From: an uncultured virus (IMG/VR IMGVR_UViG_3300036770_007242)
Taxonomy: Duplodnaviria; Heunggongvirae; Uroviricota; Caudoviricetes
Reading direction: 5' to 3' (one strand)
Length of the DNA stretch: 64,000 nucleotides
IMG/VR virus record: IMGVR_UViG_3300036770_007242
Part shown: piece after piece, positions 39,624-49,238 of the stretch
Numbering within the stretch: position 1 is the stretch's first letter
Layout: each line of letters begins with the position of its first letter
Notes under the pieces: model-generated
Databases searched by the model: none
Seen by the model: only the letters and a program-made list of their open reading frames with translations
What the model was told of the DNA's origin: nothing
Position numbers and translations under genes: made by a program

Positions 39624-39971
39624 ATGATAAAACTAGCTGATATCCTCCTCAATGAAAAAACTGAAACAGTGCAACAAAAGGCAGATAACTTTGTTGCTGT
39701 TGTTGATGATGACATATACTCTTCATTGAAGAGTCAAGCAAAGTTTGTAATCAACCTAATCAAGCAAAACAAAAAACCAAGCGACGAAGATGTTGTTGCG
39801 TATATGAATCGATATATGCAAAAATATACTGATATCAATCCTATTGTATCGATTGACACGTATGGGGTTAATATGGTTATTAACCATTTGGTTAAAGATC
39901 GTAAAAAAGCGACAAAGGTAAAGCGTTTCTACAAAAGCCTACTAGATGCGTGGATGAAAACCAAGATATAA
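39624..39971 (+). CDS. hypothetical protein with MIKLADILLNE leader
   Basis: Leaderless after TATTTA. Confidence 0.7.
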   Translation: MIKLADILLNEKTETVQQKADNFVAVVDDDIYSSLKSQAKFVINLIKQNKKPSDEDVVAYMNRYMQKYTDINPIVSIDTYGVNMVINHLVKDRKKATKVKRFYKSLLDAWMKTKI

Positions 39972-40032
39972 CACATCCAAAAGCTAGCTGATTTATTGTT
40001 TTGACACTACTTATGAGCAAAGGTGTAAAAGC

Positions 40033-40341
40033 ATGGACAACAAAACACGCAATCAACTTAAGGCGGCGATTAAAGAAGCCCTTGATGTAGACTCTATCCT
40101 TCTCTCTGGTGGAGAAGGTGGTTTGTCTGAATACAACAAAAAGGTAGAAAAGTTTTTGAATGAAACTTTCGCAAGTGCTGACGAGCTTGCCGAAGAAGGT
40201 GAAACACTTCTTCGTGAAAACTATTTTCACAACACGGCAGCAACAGAACGTCGCAGAGTTATTTTAAGTTTGGTTGGTTATCTTAGAGAAACACGTAACG
40301 GCATAGGAAACATTCTACGCCTACGTTATCTTATCGGTTAG
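40033..40341 (+). CDS. hypothetical protein
   Basis: 102 aa, LKAAIKEAL. Confidence 0.7.
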   Translation: MDNKTRNQLKAAIKEALDVDSILLSGGEGGLSEYNKKVEKFLNETFASADELAEEGETLLRENYFHNTAATERRRVILSLVGYLRETRNGIGNILRLRYLIG

Positions 40342-40694
40342 TTCATATCTGAAGAGTCATAAACTTCTTCATTCTTTTTAACTGGAACAGGGAAAAGCTT
40401 TTTCAAAGCATCTCCTAGTTCATCAACAAGATTACCAACCGTTCGTTCCACTTCTGCCATATATCCAGCAGAAACAACTCTAGCGAAAATATAAAGCATT
40501 GTTAGCCATGCAAGAGCATGCATGAAACCTATTTCTGGTATTTTGCTTGGCACCAACGAAGCCAATCCTAAGTTCCATGCCATTTTAAGAACAAGACTAG
40601 CACTGCCTGTTACAAGTAAATCAAATAAAAATCTAGCAACTTTTTTTGTGCTTTGTTCTTGGTCTGGATCAAGTGATTGTTTTTTCTCTGTCAT
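40338..40694 (-). CDS. membrane protein
   Basis: Two hydrophobic helices, AGGAG RBS. Confidence 0.7.
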   Translation of the reverse strand: MTEKKQSLDPDQEQSTKKVARFLFDLLVTGSASLVLKMAWNLGLASLVPSKIPEIGFMHALAWLTMLYIFARVVSAGYMAEVERTVGNLVDELGDALKKLFPVPVKKNEEVYDSSDMN

Positions 40695-40857
40695 AGATAC
40701 TCCTAGTTAAGTCATAGCAGGATATATTCGCTATGTCAAAAGAGATATGCATGTGTATGATTCCATTTTATTTAAACCTAATTGTTTTGGTTATGTCTGG
40801 TTTATTGCTTGTGTTAACATTGTTTCTAAAACAAGATAGGTAAGATAGTTATTGGTT

Positions 40858-41109
40858 ATGGACAACGACGATTTTGATTTCCTTTTTGAAGGCGAGAACA
40901 CACCAACAAATCCTGAACTTTGGTCAAGAGCAAAATCTGCTGCAAGAAGTAAGTTCGACAAATATCCCAGTGCTTATGCTAATTTGTATGCATCAAAATG
41001 GTATAAGAAACGTGGTGGTGGTTGGAGAAAAAAGAAAAAGAAAGCAAATGAGTCTTTAGAGCAACTCAAAGAAGTTATCAAAGAAGAAATACTAAAATGC
41101 AGACGTTAG
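40858..41109 (+). CDS. small basic phage protein (PSAYA..YK..GG type)
   Basis: PTNPELWSRAK..KYPSAYAN...YKKRGGGW. Confidence 0.7.
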   Translation: MDNDDFDFLFEGENTPTNPELWSRAKSAARSKFDKYPSAYANLYASKWYKKRGGGWRKKKKKANESLEQLKEVIKEEILKCRR

Positions 41110-41423
41110 AAGATGCCTTAAAAGAAGTAATCATGGAGGACTTGCGTGATTGGCTTAAACAAAAATGGAAACGCATAAGTTCTTCTGGAGAAGTGAAGGG
41201 TGAATGTGGAACAAGCAAAGACAAATCAAACCCAGATCGTTGTCTTCCTGCTAGTAAAGCTTATAGACTTTCAAAGAAAGAACGTGCTGCCACAGCCAAG
41301 AAAAAGAAAAGAAAATCTAAAGGTGGTAGAAAGCAATTTGTACCAAACACAAAAAAAGCTAAAGTTAAGACAAAACAAGAAGGCTATTTAGAAGAAGATA
41401 CCGATGACACTCTTTATGAATGA
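41097..41423 (+). CDS. small basic phage protein (DUF5872-like)
   Basis: LRDW.KQKW...CG...RCLP..KA..LS..ER. Confidence 0.65.
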   Translation: MQTLEDALKEVIMEDLRDWLKQKWKRISSSGEVKGECGTSKDKSNPDRCLPASKAYRLSKKERAATAKKKKRKSKGGRKQFVPNTKKAKVKTKQEGYLEEDTDDTLYE

Positions 41424-41484
41424 GGGGAATCATCAATTGACTAGTTTAGTCAATAAGATTATCTGAACCGGAGAAAAAGTTACA

Positions 41485-41781
41485 ATGAGATATGCATACC
41501 CACTTCAAAGCGAGTTTCATGAAACAACATCACAACCTTCTAACAGCCCAGAAGGTAAAAGAAACATGTTTATGAAACGTTACCCAACGTTTTTTAAACG
41601 TGAAGATGTAAGACGTGATTTCGTTGCCGTACAACAAGAACTACGTATTGCTATTCCTCACGCAAGAATCGTAAAGGAAGATATTGACACTTCATTCGCT
41701 CATGTGCAGTTTGATGTAGCAACAGCTGATGAAGTATTACTAGAACGTCTTCTAGGAAAACGTGGATTTGTAAAAGCTTAA
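41485..41781 (+). CDS. hypothetical protein
   Basis: 98 aa with GGAG RBS. Confidence 0.65.
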   Translation: MRYAYPLQSEFHETTSQPSNSPEGKRNMFMKRYPTFFKREDVRRDFVAVQQELRIAIPHARIVKEDIDTSFAHVQFDVATADEVLLERLLGKRGFVKA

Positions 41782-41828
41782 CCTTTTTCAATCCTCCACT
41801 CATAATAGTACCACGGAGGAATCTAAAA

Positions 41829-42620
41829 ATGTCTAACAAGTTTGATGACGGTAGCCAAGCATGGTTTGATGCACAGCTACGTATGCGTGCTCAACAACGT
41901 CATAACAATAAATCCCATAATCCACTTGATCGTCGTGTCAATGTGTCACATGATCCAGTAGCAAAACAAGCAGAAATTCAAGACCCATATATTCGTGAAC
42001 TTGTTGCTAAACGTGCTCAACAACCTCACTATGGTCCTATTCCACTAGAAAAAGAAGTAAAAACTAACGTTGATATGGAAGCAATCTCCCGCCAACAACA
42101 TATGCTCCAACAAAGCAGTGGAATAAATCCTCTCGGTGATGCAGACTTGGATATGATATTCAATAAGGGTAGACAAGCAGCTCCACAACATCAACATCCC
42201 CTCCCCGGCCAACAACATCAATATCCACAACAAAACTCACAACAAGTTGTTTTGCGTGAAGGATATCCTGTATACCGTGCAATCCAACAATCTTTTGGTA
42301 ACACATTTATTCTTGCAAGAGAAGTTGGTGTGGTAAATCAACAACTTGCCAATCAACCATTTCTAATGAAAGGAATGATTCAAGCTTATGTTGTTCCTCA
42401 ACACCAGCAGCAAGTTAACATTCAAGAGATTCAACGTAATCCACATATGCTTTCACCACTGATAGAAGTTCATGCTCCACCCATGGCCTCGCTTGGTCCA
42501 CTGCTTGTGCCAAGAGAAGCTGTTGTTGCTCCTGGTCAATATGGTGGTGGCAGACAAATGATAACAGACTCCCGCCAACATTATCCAAATCATAACGGTC
42601 GTGGAATCTTGAAGGGTTGA
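41829..42620 (+). CDS. Gln/His/Pro-rich hypothetical protein
   Basis: 263 aa with GGAGG RBS. Confidence 0.75.
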   Translation: MSNKFDDGSQAWFDAQLRMRAQQRHNNKSHNPLDRRVNVSHDPVAKQAEIQDPYIRELVAKRAQQPHYGPIPLEKEVKTNVDMEAISRQQHMLQQSSGINPLGDADLDMIFNKGRQAAPQHQHPLPGQQHQYPQQNSQQVVLREGYPVYRAIQQSFGNTFILAREVGVVNQQLANQPFLMKGMIQAYVVPQHQQQVNIQEIQRNPHMLSPLIEVHAPPMASLGPLLVPREAVVAPGQYGGGRQMITDSRQHYPNHNGRGILKG

Positions 42621-42621
42621 A

Positions 42622-43281
42622 ATGGAACAAGAAGTTCTAACAATCAAGCCAAACGAAATCACAACATTATCTTTGTCTGAAGCTTATCAAAACAGTTTAA
42701 CTAATTTGATGGATGTGGAAGACAAAGAAAGTCTTGTATATCTTTGTCGTGTTCTTATTCAAGATGAAAATGAATTTGGTATTGTGCTTCCAGCTGGTTT
42801 AACAGAAACAAAAGAAATTGAGTTCTCTCTACCAGAACAACTCTGCATCTTTAATCCAAACAAAACCTATATTATTAAAGCTGAAATGGTTTTTGAAGAC
42901 CAACTGCTTACACCATTTCTAAATCAATGCACAATCGAGCTACAAGGCTTAACAGAGCCCGAAGACGATTTAGATGAAGAAGAGGACGCAGAGGATTTAC
43001 AAGCCTCAGAAAAGGCTTTTAATGAACCAGAGGATGATATAGATGATTTGCTTGCGGTTATTGCTCCAGTACCAATCACAGAGCATAAGAAAACTAAACT
43101 GGAGGAAATAGCCAAAGCTTTAGATGGTGAGTTTGTTAAACAAGCATTGTTTAAGCAACCACAAAAGCAAGAAGCTCCAGCACCCGTTAAGGCACCAGAG
43201 CTTCCTAAAATCGAGCTTTCACCCGAGAAACTAGCCCTTAAGCAACGAGTTAAATCAATGCTTAAGGGTATGTTGGACTAA
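42622..43281 (+). CDS. acidic hypothetical protein
   Basis: 219 aa, coupled to the previous gene. Confidence 0.75.
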   Translation: MEQEVLTIKPNEITTLSLSEAYQNSLTNLMDVEDKESLVYLCRVLIQDENEFGIVLPAGLTETKEIEFSLPEQLCIFNPNKTYIIKAEMVFEDQLLTPFLNQCTIELQGLTEPEDDLDEEEDAEDLQASEKAFNEPEDDIDDLLAVIAPVPITEHKKTKLEEIAKALDGEFVKQALFKQPQKQEAPAPVKAPELPKIELSPEKLALKQRVKSMLKGMLD

Positions 43282-43959
43282 TCAACCAGCAGAAACCTCA
43301 ATCATTTGAACGTCACGAACATCAACACCGTGAACAATCGAATCGAACTCAAACGTTCGCTCTGGATTGTCCAGATCAACAAGATGCATCATAAGGTTTG
43401 AATCGGCGTATGTAAATGATGCAACCTTCCATTCACCATTCATCGAAGAAGTACGCTCCTTGGCAACAAGCTTGAAATTGGTTGTAGGATTCTCAGTGAG
43501 AATATCACCAAGAGCCTTGGCAACACGTTGTCCTTGAGCGATATCACTGTTTACCCTAGCACGCTTGCCTGCTTCACGCTGACGAGCAGTTACAGGGGCA
43601 GCAGTCTGCCCATCGGTGCCAGCATTGCGAGGACGACGTACACCAGTCTTGCGGGAAGTCTCAATCGGATCTTCCATGCCATAAGTCTTACCATCAAAGA
43701 TAATCGTGCTAATATATTCCGACGTACCGGTACCAAGAGCCTTGGTCTTACCTTCAATCTCAAGAGCACCGAATGAATCATCTGGACTGCCAACAGGAGC
43801 AATCTCAATAACTCGTGACCCACCACGACCACGACCAACCTTAGATGCAACAATCAGGTAATCACCAGTAAGATCGGTGAAAGGCTCGTTGAAGTTAATG
43901 GTAACGTTGTTGCCAGCAGTGAGAGTCTCAAGAACCGAGTGAAGAATGTGCTTATCCAT
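43282..43959 (-). CDS. hypothetical protein, probably early
   Basis: 225 aa, GRGRGG motif, visibly GC-richer than its neighbours. Confidence 0.75.
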   Translation of the reverse strand: MDKHILHSVLETLTAGNNVTINFNEPFTDLTGDYLIVASKVGRGRGGSRVIEIAPVGSPDDSFGALEIEGKTKALGTGTSEYISTIIFDGKTYGMEDPIETSRKTGVRRPRNAGTDGQTAAPVTARQREAGKRARVNSDIAQGQRVAKALGDILTENPTTNFKLVAKERTSSMNGEWKVASFTYADSNLMMHLVDLDNPERTFEFDSIVHGVDVRDVQMIEVSAG

Positions 43960-44015
43960 GTTGTACCTACCTTTGTGTTATTGAAAAACGTTGTTGTTTT
44001 GTTAGAGGTTAACTG

Positions 44016-44279
44016 TTAGAGAATTGAATGATAAATTCGCTTCTGACCCATCTTGACGTTGATATTAGTTACTTCTTTTGCCGTTACCCACACCTTTGAT
44101 CCGAAAACCTTGTAATATGCCTCACCAAACGGAGTTAGCATTGCTTTGCCTACCTTTACCGTTTGACCCTCAAAGAAACGATTACCAAACACAGTGCATT
44201 CGTAATCACTCTTAAAGGTTACAGAACCTATATCCTTGTCAGGTACCGCCGCAATCCTGTATCGTGTTACTCTTGCCAT
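44016..44279 (-). CDS. hypothetical protein
   Basis: 87 aa, ATG a few nt after the -10 element. Confidence 0.65.
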   Translation of the reverse strand: MARVTRYRIAAVPDKDIGSVTFKSDYECTVFGNRFFEGQTVKVGKAMLTPFGEAYYKVFGSKVWVTAKEVTNINVKMGQKRIYHSIL

Positions 44280-44285
44280 GTTTTT

Positions 44286-44314
44286 ACTCTACCATTTGTT
44301 TTTGATTTTCTAAA
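44286..44314 (-). promoter_or_regulatory. putative early promoter
   Basis: Minus strand TTTAGA, 17 nt ending TGG, TAGAGT. Confidence 0.6.
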
Positions 44315-44328
44315 GATTATTTTACCTT

Positions 44329-44448
44329 TTAACTTGAAAGCCAAGCTGCAAACAAAAACAACCCACCAACTCCCACAAGAATAACAATGACTTGAAACCA
44401 AAGCCAAGCGAGATAAACCGAAAGAAACTTCTCAATTAGATCAAACAT
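44329..44448 (-). CDS. 39-aa membrane peptide (below ORF-track cutoff)
   Basis: MFDLIEKFLSVYLAWLWFQVIVILVGVGGLFLFAAWLSS with upstream AAAGGGTG. Confidence 0.55.
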   Translation of the reverse strand: MFDLIEKFLSVYLAWLWFQVIVILVGVGGLFLFAAWLSS

Positions 44449-44463
44449 ATTTTTTTCACCCTT

Positions 44464-44676
44464 TCAAATGCGCTTAACGCTGGTCTTGCTAGTTGTTTGC
44501 CATTCACGCCCTGCATCGGGGCCGGTCAATACACGATACTTGCGAGGAGAAATCTTGAGAAACTTCTCATTGTCTACACTATCACTATCACTAGGAGTAA
44601 AAGGATTACAGAACACAAAGCTTTCACCAACCTTCAAATCACCAAAGCTGAACCAGAAACAGTTGCGGTATTTCAT
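44464..44676 (-). CDS. hypothetical protein
   Basis: 70 aa with GGAG RBS. Confidence 0.65.
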   Translation of the reverse strand: MKYRNCFWFSFGDLKVGESFVFCNPFTPSDSDSVDNEKFLKISPRKYRVLTGPDAGREWQTTSKTSVKRI

Positions 44677-44709
44677 TTGCTTTGCCCTCTCTCCTGTCTT
44701 CCTATTGTT

Positions 44710-44738
44710 AGAATACCAAACGTGGCAGATATTCTAAA
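44710..44738 (-). promoter_or_regulatory. putative early promoter
   Basis: Minus strand TTTAGA, 17 nt ending TGG, TATTCT. Confidence 0.6.
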
Positions 44739-44798
44739 GGTTATTCTTCTTTTTATTGAAAAGGCTAGATTTCTAGGGGTTTTTGTAGAAAACTGAAC

Positions 44799-45062
44799 TT
44801 AGATTATTTCTAAGTTTTCTGGTTGTGCTGCTTCGATGATAAAGCGTTGGTGTAGTGGTTCAAAAGTTAGCACTAGAGGAACATGCCAGGCTGGATGTGT
44901 TTCTCTACGCTTGGATTCGTTAATTGCATTTTGAAATGCAATTTGCATAAAGTGTTGAATGCGTGGAGTTAGTGGTTCTCCCAAAAACGTTTCATTTAAT
45001 ACGTTGTTATAGTAATCAATGATTTTATACCAATAGTTTCTTTGAACCTGAATTTTGCTCAT
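44799..45062 (-). CDS. hypothetical protein
   Basis: 87 aa coupled to purA. Confidence 0.65.
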   Translation of the reverse strand: MSKIQVQRNYWYKIIDYYNNVLNETFLGEPLTPRIQHFMQIAFQNAINESKRRETHPAWHVPLVLTFEPLHQRFIIEAAQPENLEII

Positions 45063-46183
45063 AACACAATCATATCCTCTCTTTCTGGAGATGTTGAGAT
45101 ATAAGTAACTGGAGCCATGGCAACTGCTGCAATATGTTGTATATAATTCAATGCATCCTGTGGCAACAATGTTTTATCACGCAAACCTTTTGTTGGACGA
45201 TTCCAGCCATTCCAATCACAATAAACAATCTCTTCACGGCTATTTTGAAAACCTCTATAACCTACAGGAATCATCTTAAATTCATCTAGTACATCTAGCT
45301 TGGTAATCACAACTTCATCAACTCCATTAAGTTCGCATGCTCGACGTAGATCATTATAATCTAGCCAACCACAACGACGGTTTCTTCCTGTTGTTGTGCC
45401 ATATTCTCCACCTACTTCACGAAGCTTATCACCAATCTCATTCTTCTGTTCTGTTGGAAATGGTCCCTCTCCAACCCGTGTTGTATATGCCTTAACAACA
45501 CCAATAACCTTACGTAGAGATTTATGGTTTAATCCTGTTCCTGTAAGTGCTCCACCAATAGTACAGTTGGAACTTGTGACATATGGATACGTGCCATGAT
45601 CAATATCAAGAAGAGTGCCTTGTGCACCCTCTAGAAGAATATTAGCGCCGCTTTTAACAGCCATTTGCAGTAAGCTAGTAGTGTCAGATACAAAAGGCTT
45701 AATAACGTCTAGAGTGCCTTCTGGATATAGAGAATCCAACTCACCTTTTGCAAGGTTTTCCATACGCAACCCTGTGCGATGCATTTTAGCTGCATATGTG
45801 GGACCAATACCTCGTCCAGTTGTTCCTACCTTTTTACCTGTTGCTTGATCTTCTGTGCGAGCCGTAGGAAGAATAACGTGAGCAGCATGAGAAATAAACA
45901 AACGACCAACAAGACTCGACGCACCTACTTGATTGATTTCTTTAGCAAGTTGTTCTGGATCAATCACACAACCATTCCCAATAACGTTGTTGACATGTGG
46001 ATGGAGAACTCCAGAAGGAAGAGCATGAACAGCAATACGGTGTCCATTTACCACAAGCGTATGTCCTGCGTTGTTACCTCCATGAAACCTTACAACATAT
46101 TCGTAGTTTTTGGCAAGATAGTCAACAACCTTGCCTTTCCCTTCGTCCCCGTAGGATAGCCCTAACACTACATCAGCTGGCAT
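45059..46183 (-). CDS. purA: adenylosuccinate synthetase
   Basis: GDEGKGK, GGNNAGHT, GTTGRGIGP, EGAQG..LD..HGTYPYVTSS, TRVG.GPFPTE, GTTTGR.RRCGW, TKLDVL. AGGAGA RBS before ATG 46183. Confidence 0.95.
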   Translation of the reverse strand: MPADVVLGLSYGDEGKGKVVDYLAKNYEYVVRFHGGNNAGHTLVVNGHRIAVHALPSGVLHPHVNNVIGNGCVIDPEQLAKEINQVGASSLVGRLFISHAAHVILPTARTEDQATGKKVGTTGRGIGPTYAAKMHRTGLRMENLAKGELDSLYPEGTLDVIKPFVSDTTSLLQMAVKSGANILLEGAQGTLLDIDHGTYPYVTSSNCTIGGALTGTGLNHKSLRKVIGVVKAYTTRVGEGPFPTEQKNEIGDKLREVGGEYGTTTGRNRRCGWLDYNDLRRACELNGVDEVVITKLDVLDEFKMIPVGYRGFQNSREEIVYCDWNGWNRPTKGLRDKTLLPQDALNYIQHIAAVAMAPVTYISTSPEREDMIVL

Positions 46184-46288
46184 AATATATTCTCCTTGTA
46201 TAAACACGTTAACACAAGATTAGGTAAAGATAAAAGGATTATATGTGGTGTGGAAGATAACCAAGAGAAGGAAGCGATACTTAATGTT

Positions 46289-47110
46289 ATGAAGTTAGTT
46301 GATATTCTTTTCGAAAACAGCTGGGATGATTGGGACTTTGATCCAAGAACAGGTAAGCTTGCTCCAAAAAAGCAACAACCAAAAGAAGAACCAGACGAAC
46401 CAGATGGAGGAAGTCTTGGCCAATATGTTTTTGGTGATATTCGTAAATCTATTGGCCAAAACATTAATGAGCCAGATACAGACCTTGAAAAAAAGATATA
46501 CAACGCATTGGTTTTTTATACCTCGTTTAACAATAAAGAACTGCTTAATAACGTTGCTAAAGAGATGAAAAGAATAAGTGATTCTGGAAAATACAAGAGT
46601 TATTTTTCGGTACCTTCAGCAACTGCTTGGAGAGTTTTGATTGGACTCTCCAAGTCTAGTCTAGAGAATATTCTTGACAGGGAAGTTATCGAGCAGATTG
46701 GAACCGAGAACAACGTTGTAATATCTCCCAGAAGTGATTCTAGTTTTACTGGTTGGACTCTTGATGCAAAAGCAACGATAAAAATTTATAGTCAAGCAAA
46801 TTTTGAATCAGCAAAGTCAACAACTGTGGAAGACAGAGAAGAAGAACATCCTTATCTTCCACCAGAATATTTAAAAGAAGAGGATAGTAAAGAGGAGAAG
46901 TATGTTCTTCTTGCCAAGTGTGATACCGATTCAAATCCTTTCTTTTTCAACGTTGATGCAGCAATGAAATATCTTTCTGTTGGTGGTTCACCTTATGACT
47001 TTCAAAAAGAAGTATTGGCATACGGAGATGTTACTGCATCCAAGGTTGCTTACAAGAAAATAAGTGGTTCAACAAACCCTGTCCCAGAACTAATAAATTT
47101 ACTCAAATGA
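46289..47110 (+). CDS. possible ADP-ribosyltransferase-fold protein with MKLVDILFE leader
   Basis: WR, FTGWT and QKEV in R-S-E order. Leaderless after TACTTA. Confidence 0.45.
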   Translation: MKLVDILFENSWDDWDFDPRTGKLAPKKQQPKEEPDEPDGGSLGQYVFGDIRKSIGQNINEPDTDLEKKIYNALVFYTSFNNKELLNNVAKEMKRISDSGKYKSYFSVPSATAWRVLIGLSKSSLENILDREVIEQIGTENNVVISPRSDSSFTGWTLDAKATIKIYSQANFESAKSTTVEDREEEHPYLPPEYLKEEDSKEEKYVLLAKCDTDSNPFFFNVDAAMKYLSVGGSPYDFQKEVLAYGDVTASKVAYKKISGSTNPVPELINLLK

Positions 47111-47334
47111 CTAAGTTATACGAAATACTATTTGAAACAGGTCCAAGTGCTCAAAGTGCTATTCCCACTCTAGGAGATGATCCAAGAAGAGTTTCCAGAA
47201 CAGGTGTTGCTGCACAAGACAATGGTTTTCTGGATATTGTTGACACGATGGATTTAGATGTTGATAGTCCAGAAGATGATTGGGATTCAACGTTTCCACA
47301 AGAAGATAGAATGGAAAGCAAGATAACGACGTAA
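47107..47334 (+). CDS. small acidic protein with MTKLYEILFE leader
   Basis: 75 aa, coupled. Confidence 0.65.
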   Translation: MTKLYEILFETGPSAQSAIPTLGDDPRRVSRTGVAAQDNGFLDIVDTMDLDVDSPEDDWDSTFPQEDRMESKITT

Positions 47335-47366
47335 GTTCTCTACTTATGAGCAAAGGTATATGACAT

Positions 47367-48212
47367 ATGACCACAAAAATATTAGACAAAGAACGTTTGC
47401 AAAAAGTTATTCAAGAAGCTGTTGGTAATGTTTTGGGCAACAGTGGAGTATTGGAGAAGCCTGCGGTGAAACAATTTGTTGCTGCTGGTAAAAAGTTATT
47501 AAAAGAAGCTGTTATCATTATGCCAAGATCTTTTGTTATGAAAGGTGATGTTCAGTCACCTACCACAAAAGAAAATCATGAAAAGCTTTACAAGAGTTAC
47601 GTTGATAGCTTCAACAAAATCTCTAGCAAGCTTGATACAGTTCCAAAAACAGATGCAGATAATAACAATGATAGTGAATATCGCAGACTAAAGCAAGACG
47701 AAGTTCATAACATGAACGGCGTTAAGCTGCATGAGTTATACTTCACCAACTCTGGGGATGTGAACTCTGAGATTCGTGCAGACAGCACACCATTCATGAG
47801 ATTAAGCCGTGATTGGGGAACCTTTGATCAATGGCAGCTAGACTTTCGTGCATGTGGCATGTCAGCTAGAGAAGGTTGGGCAATCTGTTATTTTGATCCA
47901 TTTAAGCAACAATATTTCAATTGCTTTATAGAAGGTCACACAATCAATCTTCCTCTTATGGCTATTCCTGTGTTGGTAGTTGACACATGGCATCACGCAT
48001 GGTTTTATGATTATCCTGGCGAGAAGATGGAATATCTTAACAAGTCAATGCGTGAGATTAACTGGAATGTGGTTGAAATGAGAATGCTTGCAGCAGAAAT
48101 GGCTAAGTTGCATCAACTTTATGCGATTCAGCCAGTTATTTCAAACGAGAAAGAAAAAACTGTTGCTCTTCCAGAAATAATGCCACCTGTAGAAGTTCTA
48201 GGAGCCCGCTGA
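47367..48212 (+). CDS. Fe/Mn superoxide dismutase-like protein with N-terminal extension
   Basis: H..LY..YV, LHELYF, GWA, P.LVVDTWHHAW..DY, INW. Confidence 0.8.
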   Translation: MTTKILDKERLQKVIQEAVGNVLGNSGVLEKPAVKQFVAAGKKLLKEAVIIMPRSFVMKGDVQSPTTKENHEKLYKSYVDSFNKISSKLDTVPKTDADNNNDSEYRRLKQDEVHNMNGVKLHELYFTNSGDVNSEIRADSTPFMRLSRDWGTFDQWQLDFRACGMSAREGWAICYFDPFKQQYFNCFIEGHTINLPLMAIPVLVVDTWHHAWFYDYPGEKMEYLNKSMREINWNVVEMRMLAAEMAKLHQLYAIQPVISNEKEKTVALPEIMPPVEVLGAR

Positions 48213-48940
48213 TGCTGTATCAAAAACGTCAAAGATTAAATGAGTTCAAACTTCTTCGTGAACAAGATGAGGAAAGTAAGGGTCCACCATACATTCCTCC
48301 ACAAGAAAGAATATTAGCAACTCCAGAAGCTTCTGACTCAATGACAGAAAAAGATGCATCTGTTGATCAAAAAATTGATGCATATCTGATGCAATATGAG
48401 AAGGAAGCTGTTCCTTTGGATGGTGCTGATGAAGACAAGTTGGGTCCAGAAGCAAGACAAAAGGCAGCAGAACAACCTGTGCCATTAACAGAGCGTCGTA
48501 AAGAAAAAGCTCTTTATCGTTGGTTGTTTGAGCAAGATGCACCTGCTGATGCTGGCGGGGCTCCTCCTGACGATGCTGGTGGTGCCGGGGGTGGTGATGC
48601 TGGTGGAGGAGAAACTCCTGAGCCCGGCGCTGAAGCTCCTGTTGCTCCTGTACCAAAGATTAACATTCGTAAATTTGCTGAAGGTATTGCACGTTTGGTA
48701 AACAATTATCAAACTCTTGTTGATCCAAAGACAATCATACTGAATCGTGCCATGTATTACATTGCTAAGAACTATTCTCCACGTTTGGCAAAAGAGCTTA
48801 TGAGTATTCTTGAACGTGACTTTGATCTTACACCAAAAACCAAAGCACAAGTTCAAGCAGAATATCCTCCAGCTCCAAGACAAGCAAATGCTGGTCCAGA
48901 TAGCGGCGGTGGTGTACCTAGCGGTGGAGGAGGTAGTTGA
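48212..48940 (+). CDS. hypothetical protein, probable head core protein
   Basis: LLREQ, LTE and LFEQ sites with P/A/G-rich linkers like the scaffold. Confidence 0.7.
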   Translation: MLYQKRQRLNEFKLLREQDEESKGPPYIPPQERILATPEASDSMTEKDASVDQKIDAYLMQYEKEAVPLDGADEDKLGPEARQKAAEQPVPLTERRKEKALYRWLFEQDAPADAGGAPPDDAGGAGGGDAGGGETPEPGAEAPVAPVPKINIRKFAEGIARLVNNYQTLVDPKTIILNRAMYYIAKNYSPRLAKELMSILERDFDLTPKTKAQVQAEYPPAPRQANAGPDSGGGVPSGGGGS

Positions 48941-48943
48941 AGA

Positions 48944-49234
48944 TTGATTAAAGAGTTTGAAGAACGAACAAGAATAGGTCTTTGGTTAGCTTTACCGAAG
49001 GCATCTTTGGTTGCGTGTCGTAGAATGTTATTTGAGAACGGTGTTTCTTTGCAAGAGCTATTTTCACAAATTATTGTGATGATGGAAAACAAAGACCCAA
49101 GAATCAAAAGTATATTAGAATCGGCAAAAACTGAAAAGTTCGCAAACAAAAAAAGACAGTTGGTGTTTACAAATCCTAAAGCAATTTATGCAGCATTAGG
49201 AGAAAATGACCCGCTAAAAGATAAAAAGGAATAA
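48944..49234 (+). CDS. hypothetical protein
   Basis: TTG start after GGAGG. Confidence 0.6.
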   Translation: MIKEFEERTRIGLWLALPKASLVACRRMLFENGVSLQELFSQIIVMMENKDPRIKSILESAKTEKFANKKRQLVFTNPKAIYAALGENDPLKDKKE

Positions 49235-49238
49235 CGTT

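Noticed and set aside
40733..40843. 36-aa hydrophobic micro-ORF
   Set aside because: No clear RBS, and T-rich DNA yields hydrophobic peptides by chance.
45059..46183. PurZ / 2-aminoadenine genome system
   Set aside because: The motif is GDEGKG with the PurA catalytic Asp rather than the Ser typical of PurZ, and no datZ/mazZ-like neighbours are recognisable.
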